From Chrysemys picta bellii (taxonomy: Eukaryota): DNA of 64,000 nucleotides. Below are positions 47,331-59,097 of this stretch, piece after piece. Under the pieces are notes generated by a model. It made no database searches. It worked only from the letters and a program-made list of their open reading frames with translations, and was not told the origin of the DNA. Position 1 is the first letter of the stretch. Each line of letters starts with the position of its first letter. Made by a program: the position numbers and the translations under genes. The DNA is taken from contig NC_088792.1 of NCBI RefSeq assembly GCF_011386835.1, positions 159,898,001 to 159,962,000 on the forward strand, given 5' to 3'.

Positions 47331-48843
47331 GAAACAAAAGAAAACCCAGCATCAGCATCACCACCCAGCACACCAAGGAGTAGTGAAATTTCAAGCCCAT
47401 TGATGATTCTGCACCTCGGTGGTTACCTTCAAGTGGTCAGCAGCTGGCTATAGATGTATAAATCATACAGGTCAGTTAAGGGGGTTCTTCCAGCTGGAAG
47501 CATTTCAGCAGAGATGAAAGAACACTGCAAACCCAGGGACATCAGCAACGCCACCTTTGATTAAAAATTTACCAGTGTGTGTTCTCCCCTTTGCCTTTCT
47601 CAGGCTCTCACATTTCCCCCCACCCTCCTTCCCCCTTGCTCCTATTCTAGCCATGCACTGAACCTTGTTTAGACCAGCCAGGGTGTGTGCTTGGGAGGAG
47701 AACTGGGAGTGCAGAGGCATTTTCTGTCAAATGTCTCTAACCTGACACAGACATGGCCAGTAATTAGCCTGTCTCCCAGAATCCGGGCAGTGGGCCTGTG
47801 TTGCATTTACTTTGAGTAGCCAGGTAGCAAGCAAATGGGCTACTGTTGCTGCATTCTCTAGGGCATGTTAGTCACTTGACTCTGCAACTGTAAATACAAT
47901 CTATTAAAAAAATCACTAATAATACTTTGGGGTAAGGAGAAAGGATTTTTTTTTTTTGGCAATCTTACTCCCCAGTCTCATTTGCATAATGGGATCAGGG
48001 ATGTAAATGACATGTGCAAGCTTGAATTTTATTATTGTTATTGTTGTTGTGACGGCAGCTCCAGCTGAAATCAGAGCCCCATTGTGGTAGCTGCTTTTCA
48101 GACACAGTCCCTGCTCTGAAGAGCTTGCTATATTAATAGACAAGACAAAGAAGAAGCATTGCTACCCTCATTGTAAAAAGGGGAAACTGAGGCACAGAGA
48201 GATGTGGTCTGCCCTAGGCTGCACAGGTAGCCCAAGTTAGAGCTAGGGATTTTTTCAGTTTTTTGACAAAACAAAAATCCAGACATTTTCCAGTTTTTGA
48301 CGTTTATTTCCCCTACTCTTTTTTCTCATTGGTAAAAGCCCAAAAAAACTGAAATCCAAAAATGTTTCTTTTTTGGTCCAAAAACTGGGGGGGGGGGGGG
48401 AATAATTTAAGCTGAAAAGATATTTTGCATTAAAAAAAGGGGGAGAGAGAAAAAATTTCATCCAGCTCAAGCGGTCACTTCCACTGTGCCAAATCCCTCC
48501 ACCCTTCTGCCATCCCACTAGGCATTGCAGCCACCGCACTAACAATTATTATTAGTATTTGTATTACTGTAGCATGGAGGAGCGCCCATCATGGATCAGG
48601 GCCTCATTGTGCTAGGTGCTGTACAAACAGAACCAATAGACAGTCCCTTTCCCAAAGAGCTTACAATCTGAGTAAAAGCTTTTTGCTGTGGTACCATGGT
48701 TTCTTTCCTTGGATTTAATGGAATGATGAAGGCCAGCTTTTTTTTCTCTTTGCAGATTGAGCAAGGAGGAGAAACCTCATCAAGCAAAGCAGCTTCTGTG
48801 TGTGCTGATATAAAGTCAAAGCGGTTAGCAAATCAGTGCTTAC

Positions 48844-48868
48844 CTACTGAGGTCCAACTTCGACTATT
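48844..48868 (-). other. Candidate 25-nt exon
   Basis: Minus strand: ctaattactttctttttacatttgcag|AATAGTCGAAGTTGGACCTCAGTAG|gtaagc. Confidence 0.25.
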
Positions 48869-49773
48869 CTGCAAATGTAAAAAGAAAGTAATTAGTTTCT
48901 TTAATGGCTTAGAACTATTAATAAAAAAGAGGGGGATTTGTACAGACATTTGTGCAGGTTTTGGAAGTTTAATTGCTTTTTATTCATTAAGCTCTGAGGC
49001 TGCTCTGACATGCTCCATTGTAATACAATGGCCATGCTTGTACAAAACTGATTACCGGGTTACAAAAAGGATAAATTAACAGGACAAAGGTTATTTATTT
49101 CTTGAACTGCTGTTTGAAAAGTCCAGGCATAGATAAATCTATCGGAGGGGCTGATGGGGTGAAGATATCAAGTCTTCCGTTGAACAGTAGTTTAAGTGGG
49201 GAAAGCAACATACTCTGAGCTGAAGATACGCCCACCAGACCCGACCCAGCTACCCTCCCTTAACTACTTCCTAATTAGATGTCTATATGAGTTTTTATTT
49301 GATTCTAACAGGAATAGGTACCTTGATTCAATGGCTCTAGCAACAAAGGAGCTGCCATTATAGAACAAACAGACCATTTAGTCTGTTCTGCTACCTCCTG
49401 CTATATCTGCTCAGACTAATGATGACACTTTCTCTTCATCCATAGCTCTTCAAGCACTTGACCAAGGAGGGTGAGGAGCATCATCTAAATTTGGGGGAAA
49501 CTGAGGCCTGGGAAGGTTAGGTGACTTTCCCAAGGTCACACTGCAGGTTGGGACTACGACCCAAGTCTTCTGGCTATAAGCCCTATTGATTGGATCACAT
49601 TGGCTCCCCCCAGTCCCTCTTGTTTGGAATCCTGACACCCCACAAGATGACCCCTCCAATCTAATATCTTTTCTCCAGCAGTGGCCAGCTCCAGATGATT
49701 TAGGCTACTTCTGCACTAGAGATGGAGTTGTACTTTCTCTTGGCAGGGGTCCAGCTCCCTCCTCCCTCTCAGT

Positions 49774-49896
49774 TAGGGTGACCAGACTGCAAGTGTGAAA
49801 AATCGGGACGGGGGTGGGGGCTAATAGGATCCTATATAAGAAAAAGACCCAAATATCAGGACTGTCCCTATAAAATCGGGACATCTGGTCACCCTA
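49774..49896. mobile_element. 123-bp hAT MITE (same family as 23045-23167)
   Basis: TIR TAGGGTGACCAGA / TCTGGTCACCCTA. Perfect TSD CTCTCAGT (49766-49773, 49897-49904). Confidence 0.95.
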
Positions 49897-50724
49897 CTCT
49901 CAGTTCCCAGACACAGTTCACCGGAAAATAACAGTCCAGAGTCTAGTCTGCAGGCAACTTGGTGGGTTTATTGGGGCTAAACAAGCAAGCATATTCTGAA
50001 GCCCTTCACACCGGTCGGGCTATCTCTATATGCCAATAGAGTTTTCCTCTTCCCCTCCCCCAACTACTGTTCTATACGCCAATAGAACCCCCTTCCTCTC
50101 CTAACCCCTAGCTTTCCATGCCACCAGAGCGCCCTCTCCCCCCCCCCCCATTCTTGGCAAACTTAATTATACTTGTAGTGCCCCTCCCCAGGAACCACCC
50201 CTTCCAATACCTGGTCCTGTTCTGTTCTGGGGAGTCCTGACTCTGGGGTCGATAAGACCGCCTCTTTTGTACCTGATGGGAGGGGTAAGGAGTAGGGTTT
50301 CTTTTGGTCATGGTCACTCTCTTACAGACTCTGCATCTCCCCATTACATCTTCCCCTCCCTTCCAGCTACTCGGTAACCACTGCAACCCCTTGCTCCATT
50401 AGCCTCTTATCTTCAAGGCTACCAGCTGGGGCGGGGAGGGGGGGTAGGAGAAGGGGTGCAGCCTTGTGCTTTCACTTATATGCTCTTGCTTGCTTATTCA
50501 GCCTATTTAAACTAAAAGCAAGGCCGGAAGCAAGCTTATGATTGTTTAGGCTCTACCCTATTTATTTCACATTCTCCTCACACTTTCCAGCTCAGGAAGA
50601 CTTCTGCATGTTTACTTTGTACAAGCTAGAGCACTAAAAATAGAAGCATCACCTTGTTGGCATGAGCTGTGGAACAGGCTAATCATCCTAAATACCATCT
50701 CACCCAGAACCCTAGGTACTTATT

Positions 50725-50856
50725 CAGGTAGCTAGTCTGTCCCCCACTGTTGTGGCTACACTGCTATTTTGAGCATGTTAGCTTGATCAAAGCTATCACA
50801 TATATGTCTACCCAAGCTGGAAATTACATTTTCCAAACTCAAGTGTAGACATACCC
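50725..50856. mobile_element. Harbinger-type right-end fragment
   Basis: Ends aagtgtagacataccc|tta. Confidence 0.6.
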
Positions 50857-53091
50857 TTAGAGGAAGTTGTAAAACCCTGGTGTGCACACCATGTGGGTAG
50901 ATATTTTTCCCCTCCAGATAAGGATAATTTATTTTTTGCCCTGAAGTGCAAGGATCTGTACTACCTATTGCCACTGCAGATGCTGCTCCAGTTCATAAAT
51001 GTTGTTGCTGGGGTTTTTTATAACCTTATTAGGGTTGTTTCACAAGTTTGCTCCTCTGGGCTGGGAAAAGTCTCCCTCACATTTTCCATTTGTTAGCTGT
51101 TCTCTAATGTTTCATATGCCTGAGACATAGGGTTTATCATTAGTTCTGAAAAGTTTCTCTTTCTACCACTCCTCAGACCCTGGGATCAGAAGAGAAGCAT
51201 CATTAGAGCAACCCTGGGATAAAAATACGGAGAGTGGAAATCCATGGGAGATTCATAGGATCATAGAAATGTAGGGCTAGAAAGGACCTTGAGAGGTCAT
51301 TAAGTCCAACCCCCTGCACTGGTTAGCTTCCCGCATGTAACAGCCATCTGAAAACATAGCCTTCCATACAGAAATGACCCACGTCATACACATCTCCTAA
51401 AAAAACCATAGATCTGTCCGTAGCGCTCACCCACTTATATCCCAGCTTTAGACTCCATCTTGCGTTCACTGAAACTTACATATATTATTTATTTATTTAA
51501 ATCTAGTCAAAGAAATCCGCTTTCCCCAATACACCAAAGCCACCATCACAAGAGGTGGCGATAAACCTCCTGAAAGGCAATTTCAGCAGAGGAAGGATGG
51601 CCTGGTGTTCAAGGAATGGGTTTCTGGAGATCGGAGTTCTATTCCTGGCTCTACGATAAGCTTTTTGTGGGGTGCATTCTTTATAATTATTTGTATTACA
51701 CCTAGGAACGCCAGTCAAAGATCAGAGCCCTATTGTGTTAGGTGCTGTACAAGCAAGAGACAGGTAAGACGGTTCTCGTCCCCAAGAGCTTACAGGCTGC
51801 ATGTCAGACAGGATACAGCTGGCAATTCAGGGAGGGGTGCTCTGAATTGATGAAGAAACACTCAAGCAAATCGGGTTTAGCAGAAGAGCAGATAAAAAAA
51901 TAAAATGTCACAGCAGATGTCACAGCTCACCACTTGCTTGAGCTTGGGAAAGTCACTTATCCCTCTGAGCTGTAGTTCCACCATCTGGAACTGAGCTTCT
52001 GTCATGGAGGGTTTGGGAGGATACATTCATTGCCATTTGTGAGGTGCTCAGATATTGTAATGAGAGGCCCATGTTACATCCAAGATGGATGGACCCACCA
52101 AACCTTATGCAGGTGTGATGGTGCGTGACAGCACATGTGTGTTGAAACTTCCCATTGGTTTCATTTACTCACTCTGTTAACCTCATTTTTCTGAACTTCG
52201 CCATAATGCTACTTGCTGGGAGTTTTGTCTGACAGTTCAGGTCCCTTCATCTTGGTTCCACTTGGTGTGTCCCAAACCAGAGTACCAATGGAGCAGGGCT
52301 GAGGAATGGGGATCTGAGGAAAAGCTTTACCTGGGACAGCTCCCTTAGGAGAAGCTCTTCATATCCCCTTCTCAATCCTCGTGGTAAGTGAAGTCTTCAG
52401 GCTGACAAGCCCATTCCTGCTCAGCTGCCAAGGATTCTCTGGATTGATTTCGTCAGAGTGGCCTTTAATAGCTTGTACCGCAATTAATCTATTGCCACCC
52501 TGACACACTCTATCTGTCTCTTTTATAGCCTTTCTTATACTCCCTAGTCAGCCATCCGTTACCTTTACAGTGAGCAAAGCCTCCATCTATCTAGTAGTAA
52601 GTTCACATACAGAAGAGATCCTTCAAGGGAATCCCTTCCCTCCTATACAGGAGCAGCAGCCACTTCTTAGACTCTGGAGAGCCAGTTATTTTCCTATAGC
52701 CAGCTGGCTGTTATCTCTGCCCCTTCTCCCTCCACCCCGGTGCTCACGGCTGTCTTTCTAATGGGATTGCATTTGGCCTTTAGTTGGTGTCACTTTAAAT
52801 ATCTCACGTAATGCCTTTCATCTTAAATACAGCCCCAGTCTAAACAGAACCCCACTCACAACCTAGAAGCAACTCCATCCCCCACATTGAGCGCGTGGCT
52901 GTTTAAAAAAGATCTGCTTCCTGCAATGCTGTCTGTCTGCCACATCACTTCCTGCTAATCAAACAGTGGCCATGTTGCCCTTCCCCTATTGCTAAGGGGG
53001 TAGGTGGTCCTGGATAGATCCTCGCTAGATGAGAGGGTGCTCCCAGGATGGAAAAGGCTGAAAAGCATTGCTCTAAAAAAAAGAGACACAC

Positions 53092-53375
53092 TCAGTGTTG
53101 CCAAAGTGAAGTGTTCAAAACTCATGAATCAAAACTCCCAAAATCATGAGTTTGGCTTAAAAATCATCAGATATTTAACAATACATTGTGTCTGCTTTTA
53201 ATTTGCCTTCTGGCTTCTGAGCCTTGGGTCACATTTCACAGCTTTTAATGGGAACCGTGTGGGCTAGAAACATACTTCTTTTTTAATGAAAGCTCAGATT
53301 CTCGTGTAAGATCATGACTTCAGGCCCCTGGGATTTAAGGAAAACACCAAATGTTGCGAGAGTCGCAATAAGATT
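53092..53375. mobile_element. Degenerate hAT-like MITE
   Basis: Starts cagtgttgccaa, with repeated tcatgag/aatcatga motifs. Confidence 0.45.
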
Positions 53376-54199
53376 GTCCCACAATGGATGTTCCAGTTAG
53401 AATTCCAGTGCTAGTATCTCTAAAGCTGCCCATGTGCCTCTGCTTACTTTACAGCGCTTTGTTACTTCAGGAAGGAGCAACTTCTTGCCCTGGATCTGTG
53501 CCTGAAACCTGAGCAAATGTACCCCAGAGGTGTATAGTTCGTAACGCTTCACTCTGGCACACACTTCCATCTTTTTTATGGCTTCCGGGATGTTACACTA
53601 ATTGTGATGGATGCTCTCTTTGTGCTTACACAGAGAAGCAGATGATGAAGCCCTAATGTGAGGTAATATGTCTATTAAAGATTTAAAATAACCCAGCCTG
53701 CTTGTGATTCCTCACTTTAATGGCAGCTTAGCTTATCGTGAGTCCACCGTGTGGGAAAAGAATGAGGTCTCTGGGAAAAGTTTTCTGCTTCAAGGTGTTT
53801 GCGAGAAGTGGGTTTGCGCATCATTAGCCAGCTGTGCAGTTTGTCCGTGTCTGTCTGTATTAGACAGTGCATCCAATTGCAGACAAACCAAAGGGGAGAG
53901 TTTCAAAGTGTCTAGATGATTTATGAGCACAAGCCCCATTGCCTGTCACTGGGACTTGTGCTCCTAAATCCCCTGCATGCTTTTGAAAGTTTCTAACTGG
54001 ATCCAGAGAATGAGACAGGGATAGTTGAAGATCTATATCAGTCTGTTGATCAATAGCCAAGTACACACATGGACCAGAAGGAGGGAATGCTCCCAACACA
54101 GTCCCTTCCCTTTCATGGAAGGGTGAAGTGGTTATATCAGCAGAGAATTTCCTTAACAGAGGGGGAATTCTCTGGCATCTTCCAACTATAGCCTTAGCA

Positions 54200-54370
54200 G
54201 ACCAGAGGATCCTGCCCTGGGATTCTAAACTCTTGGGTTCTAGTCCCAGCTCTGCCATTGATCTGGACCCTTCCTGTGCCTCAGTTTCCCCTTCTGTACT
54301 ATGAGTGTATGATGCTTCCTTTGTAAAATGATTTCAGGTCCATTGATGTGAAGCACTACATAAGAATTAA
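54200..54370 (+). mobile_element. MIR-like CORE-SINE
   Basis: ttgggttctagtcccagctctgcca..gtgcctcagtttcccc. Confidence 0.75.
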
Positions 54371-55237
54371 ACATCCTAGGGAGTGAGATCCCCTGTTCTC
54401 TAACTCACAGGCTACAGGCAGCCAGCTTCCAATTCCAGAACTTTTACAGTGCAGAAGAGAAATGCAGTTTGATTTTCAGGGACTAGGTGACGCTGTACAG
54501 CACCAGGCAAGTTGGGAGTGGATAGAAGGCAGGGGGTGGAATTAATCCTGTTTGACTTGTAAAGTGAGTGAATCTGATCTGGAAATTATTGAGGGCATTT
54601 AATATGGCAGCATGAAATATTATTTATACAGTCACTTCTCCAGATGCAGCTTTGAGGCTTTAATGCATATTAGGAAGGTCATTCAGGAAATGATGCCTTT
54701 TAAAGACTTTTATTTAGAAACAGAAAAGGAGAGTTAAAATGTCATTTATTTTTTTTTCCTCCAAGAGCTTTTTTGGCAATAATTTTGAATTTTAAAAAAA
54801 TCCCTCTAGGCTTCTAATTGTGAGAGGGAATCTCATAGAAATATACGTCATTTCTAAATGCTATTACACTGAAAAGCTAATATTCCAGCCAGCAGACTAG
54901 ACAACTTATCCCGTAGTTTGGGAGCACTGAGCTGTCCATTTGTGTTAGCGTGGTCAATAACCATGAACATTTTCATTTAAGGGCTTTACCTTTAACAAAG
55001 GAAACAATTAAGGCACTGTGCTTGCTCTGGGATGCCCAGATACGGCTGCACAGCAGTGGGGACATTTGGAAGCTATTTTAAGTTTTTTCCCCTTCCCCCC
55101 CAAACTGGATTCAGGATATTTTAGTCTCCTCCAAGCTGACCTACCAACAAAAGAATTGCCAGACTGCATCAGCCCAGTGGCGTGACTATATCAGGTACTT
55201 ACATGGCTCTAGTATCTGAGTGCCTACTTCTCATTAA

Positions 55238-55337
55238 AAAGAAGAACAGGAGGACTTGTGGCACCTTAGAGACTAACAAATTTATTAGAGCATAAGCTTT
55301 CGTGGACTATAGCCCACTTCTTCGGCTGCTACTCTGA
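55238..55337. mobile_element. 100-bp Penelope-like fragment
   Basis: aggacttgtggcaccttagagactaacaaatttatt..gcataagctttcgtgg plus an inverted end cggctgctactctga. Perfect 13-bp TSD TACTTCTCATTAA (55225-55237, 55338-55350). Confidence 0.88.
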
Positions 55338-55741
55338 TACTTCTCATTAACGTATCTACATCCTCACAGCACCTGGTGTGGGAAATATTATCATCACCAT
55401 TTTAGAGATGGGGAGCTGAGGCACTGAGGGCCAGTGTAGGTGCTTTTGAAAATCTCACTTCAAACCTATCTGCATGCTCAAGGCCCTAATACCTTTTAAA
55501 ATCTGGCACTAAGAGATTCAGCAATTCACCCAAAGTCGAACAACAAGTCTGTGGCAGAGACAGGAATGGAACTAAGCTCATCTGAGTCTGAGTCCAGTGC
55601 CTTGGCCATAAAACCAGTCTTTCCCCCTCATTCAGTAATCTGTCTCTAACGATGGCCAGTAACAGATGCTTTAGAACAGGCCTGCACAACATGCGGCCCG
55701 GGAGCCGCATGCGGCCCGCGTGGGTTCACTGTGTGGCCCGT

Positions 55742-56080
55742 GGGGGGGGGGTGAGTAGGTGAGCGGGCAGGCAGTGGCAGGGAATGAGTAGGCGAGCCGG
55801 GCGGGTGGAGGGCTGAGGAGGTGAGTGGGCAGGTAGTGGCAGGTGAGCCGGTGGCGGGGGAGGGAGGGCGGAGGAGGCGAGTGGGCAGACAGTGGCAGGG
55901 GGTAAGTAGGCGAGCCAGGGGGGGCAGGGGGCTGAGGAGGCGAGTGGGCGGGCAGTGACGGGGGGGCAGGTGAGCCGGCGAGCCGGAGGGGTGGAGGGCT
56001 GAGGAGGGGAGTGGGCGGGCAGTGGCGGGGGGTGAGTAGGCGAGCCGGGGGAGGGGGGCTGAGGAGATGAGTGGTGAGTC
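55742..56080 (+). repeat. G-rich minisatellite (about 5 units of about 60-66 bp)
   Basis: Recurring gggctgaggagg(c/t)gagtgggcgggcagtggc and gagtaggcgagcc blocks. Confidence 0.85.
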
Positions 56081-56128
56081 GGTGGCTGACCTGTTCTACT
56101 GATCTGGTCTGGCTCCCATCCCCTCTCC

Positions 56129-56871
56129 CAGGGCCGGCTCCAGGCGCCAGCAAAACAAGCAGGTGCTTGTGGCAGCACATTTCCAGGGGCGGCATTCTGG
56201 TGCTGGGAGGGAGGAGAAGTCAAGTGGCAGGGCGCTCGGGGGAGGCGGCGGAGGTGAGCTGGAGCGGGGAGTGGTTCCTCTACCCCCCCCGTTACTTCCT
56301 GCGCCCCCCCACCCTAGCTCACCTCCGCTCCGCCTGCTCCCTTGAACGCGCCGCCGCTCCGCTTCTCCCCCCTCCCAGGCTTGCCACGTGCGAAACCGCT
56401 ATTTTGTGCAGCAAGGCTGGGAGGGAGGAGAAGCCGAGTGGCTGGTGCTCGGGGGAGGCGGCGGTGGTGGAGCGGAGGTGAGCTGGAGCAGGGAGCAGTT
56501 CCTCTATCCCCCCGTTACTTCCTGTGCCCCCCTACCCTAGCTCACCTCTGCTCTGCCTGCTTCCCTGAACGCGCCACTGCTCCGCTTCTCCGCCCTCCCT
56601 TGCCTAAGAAGGAGTGGGGAGAAGCAGAGTGCCCGGGGGAGCAGGCGGAGCAGAGGTGAGCTAGGGCGGGAGGTCACGGGGGGCCCGCAGGAAGCAATGG
56701 GGGGGGAGAAATGCAGCACGCCGGGAGAGGAGGCGGTGCTGTGCATTTGGGGAAGGGGTTCGGAAGGGGTGGAGTTGGGGTGGGGCCAGGGACAAAGGGG
56801 CACGAAAAAGAAAGAGGAGGCAGCCAACATTTTTTTTGCTTGGGGCGGCAAAAATCCTAGAGCCAGCCCTG
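56129..56871. mobile_element. Inner 743-bp hAT MITE
   Basis: Ends CAGGGCCGGCTCCAG / CTAGAGCCAGCCCTG. TSD CCCTCTCC / CTCTCTCC (7/8). Termini shared with 41960-42217. Confidence 0.92.
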
Positions 56872-58821
56872 CTCTCTCCAAGAGTTACAGCTGTCTAGAG
56901 GTGCCTGCCTTCCACGCCTTCCTCATTCACACGTCATTCATTCAACAGGGCAATTGATTACAAAGTGGGGGGAAGATCTTATTTTACTTCTAGCAAAAAG
57001 ACATTTTTCTTTTACCTTAATTATACTACCTTAGGGGCCTGCTATAACATATTACCGAGGTTCAATACTGCTGTTTCAGTGGAGCGGCGCTGGGGAAGGA
57101 GGTTTTTTTTCCGCGGGGCAGGTGGCACGGGGGGTGGGGAGGTGTTTCGGCGGCGCTAGGGGAGTTGTTTCCGTGGGGCAGGAGGCGCTGGGGGAAGGGT
57201 GTTGTGTTTTGGGGGGGCTGTGGGTGGCACTGGGGGGGGTTGTCGGCGCTCGGAGGGTTTCGGCCGTCAGCTGTTTTCTTTGGAGTAATATGGCCCTCGC
57301 CGCTTTACGAGTTGTGCAGGCCTGCTTTAGAGGAACGTTCAAGAAAGCACTTAGTGGACAATTATGGAATAACCTGCTCATACAAGAACTTTCTCCCTGA
57401 CCTCTGTCAGTCCCTGGTCAGCTTATGCCCTAAAGCAGGACGGTTCATAGCCTTTCTCCATGTGTATCTTAGCTAATAGACTGTAGATGTTCTCATTATC
57501 TGTATGTGTCTCACCTTTTTAGAATCCAGCTAGCTCTTGACCTCAGGGATACCCTCTGGTAATTAATTCCACAACAAAACAGTGCAAATAAACAAGTATT
57601 TCTTTGTATCACTTTTATATTTGCTAGCTTTCCATTTCACTGAATCTTCTGTTGGTCTTTTACTAGGAGAGGTGGCCTGGGATAGCAGGGGACTGGTCCC
57701 TTCCAGTCCTATGTTCTGTGTTCCTATGAGAGAGGGTAAAGACAAGTGCCCCATCTACCGTCTGTATTGCATCCATTATTTTATCTTGTCCATCTCGCTG
57801 CACTAAACCATCCTGGACTATCCCTCTGCACAGGAATGTCCTTCAATGGCTGTAATCATTTTCATCATTCATCTTCTCTTTCTGCTTTATTTTGAGGATG
57901 AGATTGCCAGAACTGAACACGGTGTGCCAGCTGAGGGAGTCCATAGCAGCATAATATTTTCCGTTATCTTCTCCATTCTATTCCTTATGCTTCCAAACAA
58001 TTGTCTGTCCAGGTCTTTGTCCTGAGCCATTACAGTTAATTTAGAGCCAAGCAATGTGTGCAACTTGTTCAAATTATTCCTTCCAATGCACACACCCTCT
58101 TGAGTTTCCCCACACTGAATTGATCAGGACCATCTTTCACAACATTTGTGATGGATGGACATTCCTATCTAGATGCTGTAAGGCTCTTTACCTCTAGTGC
58201 CTGCCTCTCCCAAAAGCAGCTAGGAGAATGTGTGCAGAAAGTATACTGATTAATGCATTATAAATACCTAAGGCAGGTAGGTACATAGATAGATTGTGCT
58301 GTGCTGGAATATATTCTTAACATGGAAGTGTCATGATTGCATGCCATTGCCCTGGGTTTCCACAAGCAGCATCCTCCAGCATCTATTAGTTGAAATGGTC
58401 CCATAAAAAGAAAAGCCAGACCTAGTCGCCCACCAACTTTGGAGGCTGTTGAAAATCCAAATCCAGACCCAGACTCTGATCCACATTTTACCTCTTGAGC
58501 CCATCTGTAGTTAGTATGGGACAGATTTTCAAAAGAGCTCAACATGTTGGATGTCAATCTCAGGGTGTACATGTCACAATGGGATCTGCTGGGAGCAGAG
58601 TTCCTTTGAAAATCTGACTGTAAAAATAACTATATCCCTCTTTGGAAACAGAGCTCTTCCCATGCTCTCAGGCAGTAATCCCTCTCCCTGCTGTGCCATA
58701 TTTATACTAATCTCCTCCTCTAAGGATGGTACATGGAGAAAAATCCCTCCACCCTGCACCAGGCAGAGTTCAAGGTACTCCCTGCATCTCTGGAAGATGA
58801 AGGCTGAGCGGAAGACACACG

Positions 58822-59097
58822 GGGTATGTCTATACTTGGAGCTGGAGGTATAAGTTCCAAGAGGAGGAGACATACTCATGCTAGCTCTCATCAACATGCT
58901 AAAAATAGCATAACCAAAGTGGCATGAGTGGTGGGAGGGGCTCGCCATACTAGGCATGTACTTGGGGCGGCTAGCCCCTCCCACCTTTCACGTCACCATG
59001 GCCCCATTGCTATTTTTAGCACATTCACTCCGAGCTAGTGTGGATTTGTCTCCTCAAGCTGGAATGTGCATCTCCATTTCCAAGTGGAGACATACCC
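58822..59097. mobile_element. 276-bp PIF/Harbinger MITE
   Basis: Ends GGGTATGTCTATACTTGGA / TCCAAGTGGAGACATACCC, with several internal inverted arms. Confidence 0.85.

Larger units (their letters stand above)
55677..57324. mobile_element. Outer hAT-Charlie-type non-autonomous element
   Basis: Perfect 14-bp TIR CAGGCCTGCACAAC / GTTGTGCAGGCCTG. TSD CTTTAGAA / CTTTAGAG (7/8). Confidence 0.93.
55632..58110 (-). mobile_element. Old CR1 fragment hosting nested hAT elements
   Basis: CR1 3' sequence on both sides of the insert (55632-55676, 57325 onward). ORF 57887-58093 is a decayed RT C-terminus (CIGRNNLN..TLLGSKLTV..KDL). Confidence 0.75.

Noticed and set aside
53634-53662. Plus-strand 29-nt exon-like segment with a strong acceptor
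   Set aside because: Stops in all frames. It shows that strong pseudo-exons occur on both strands, which limits confidence in the other candidates.
55671-56223. Pro-rich ORFs (165-174 aa)
   Set aside because: Antisense translation of the G-rich minisatellite inside a MITE.
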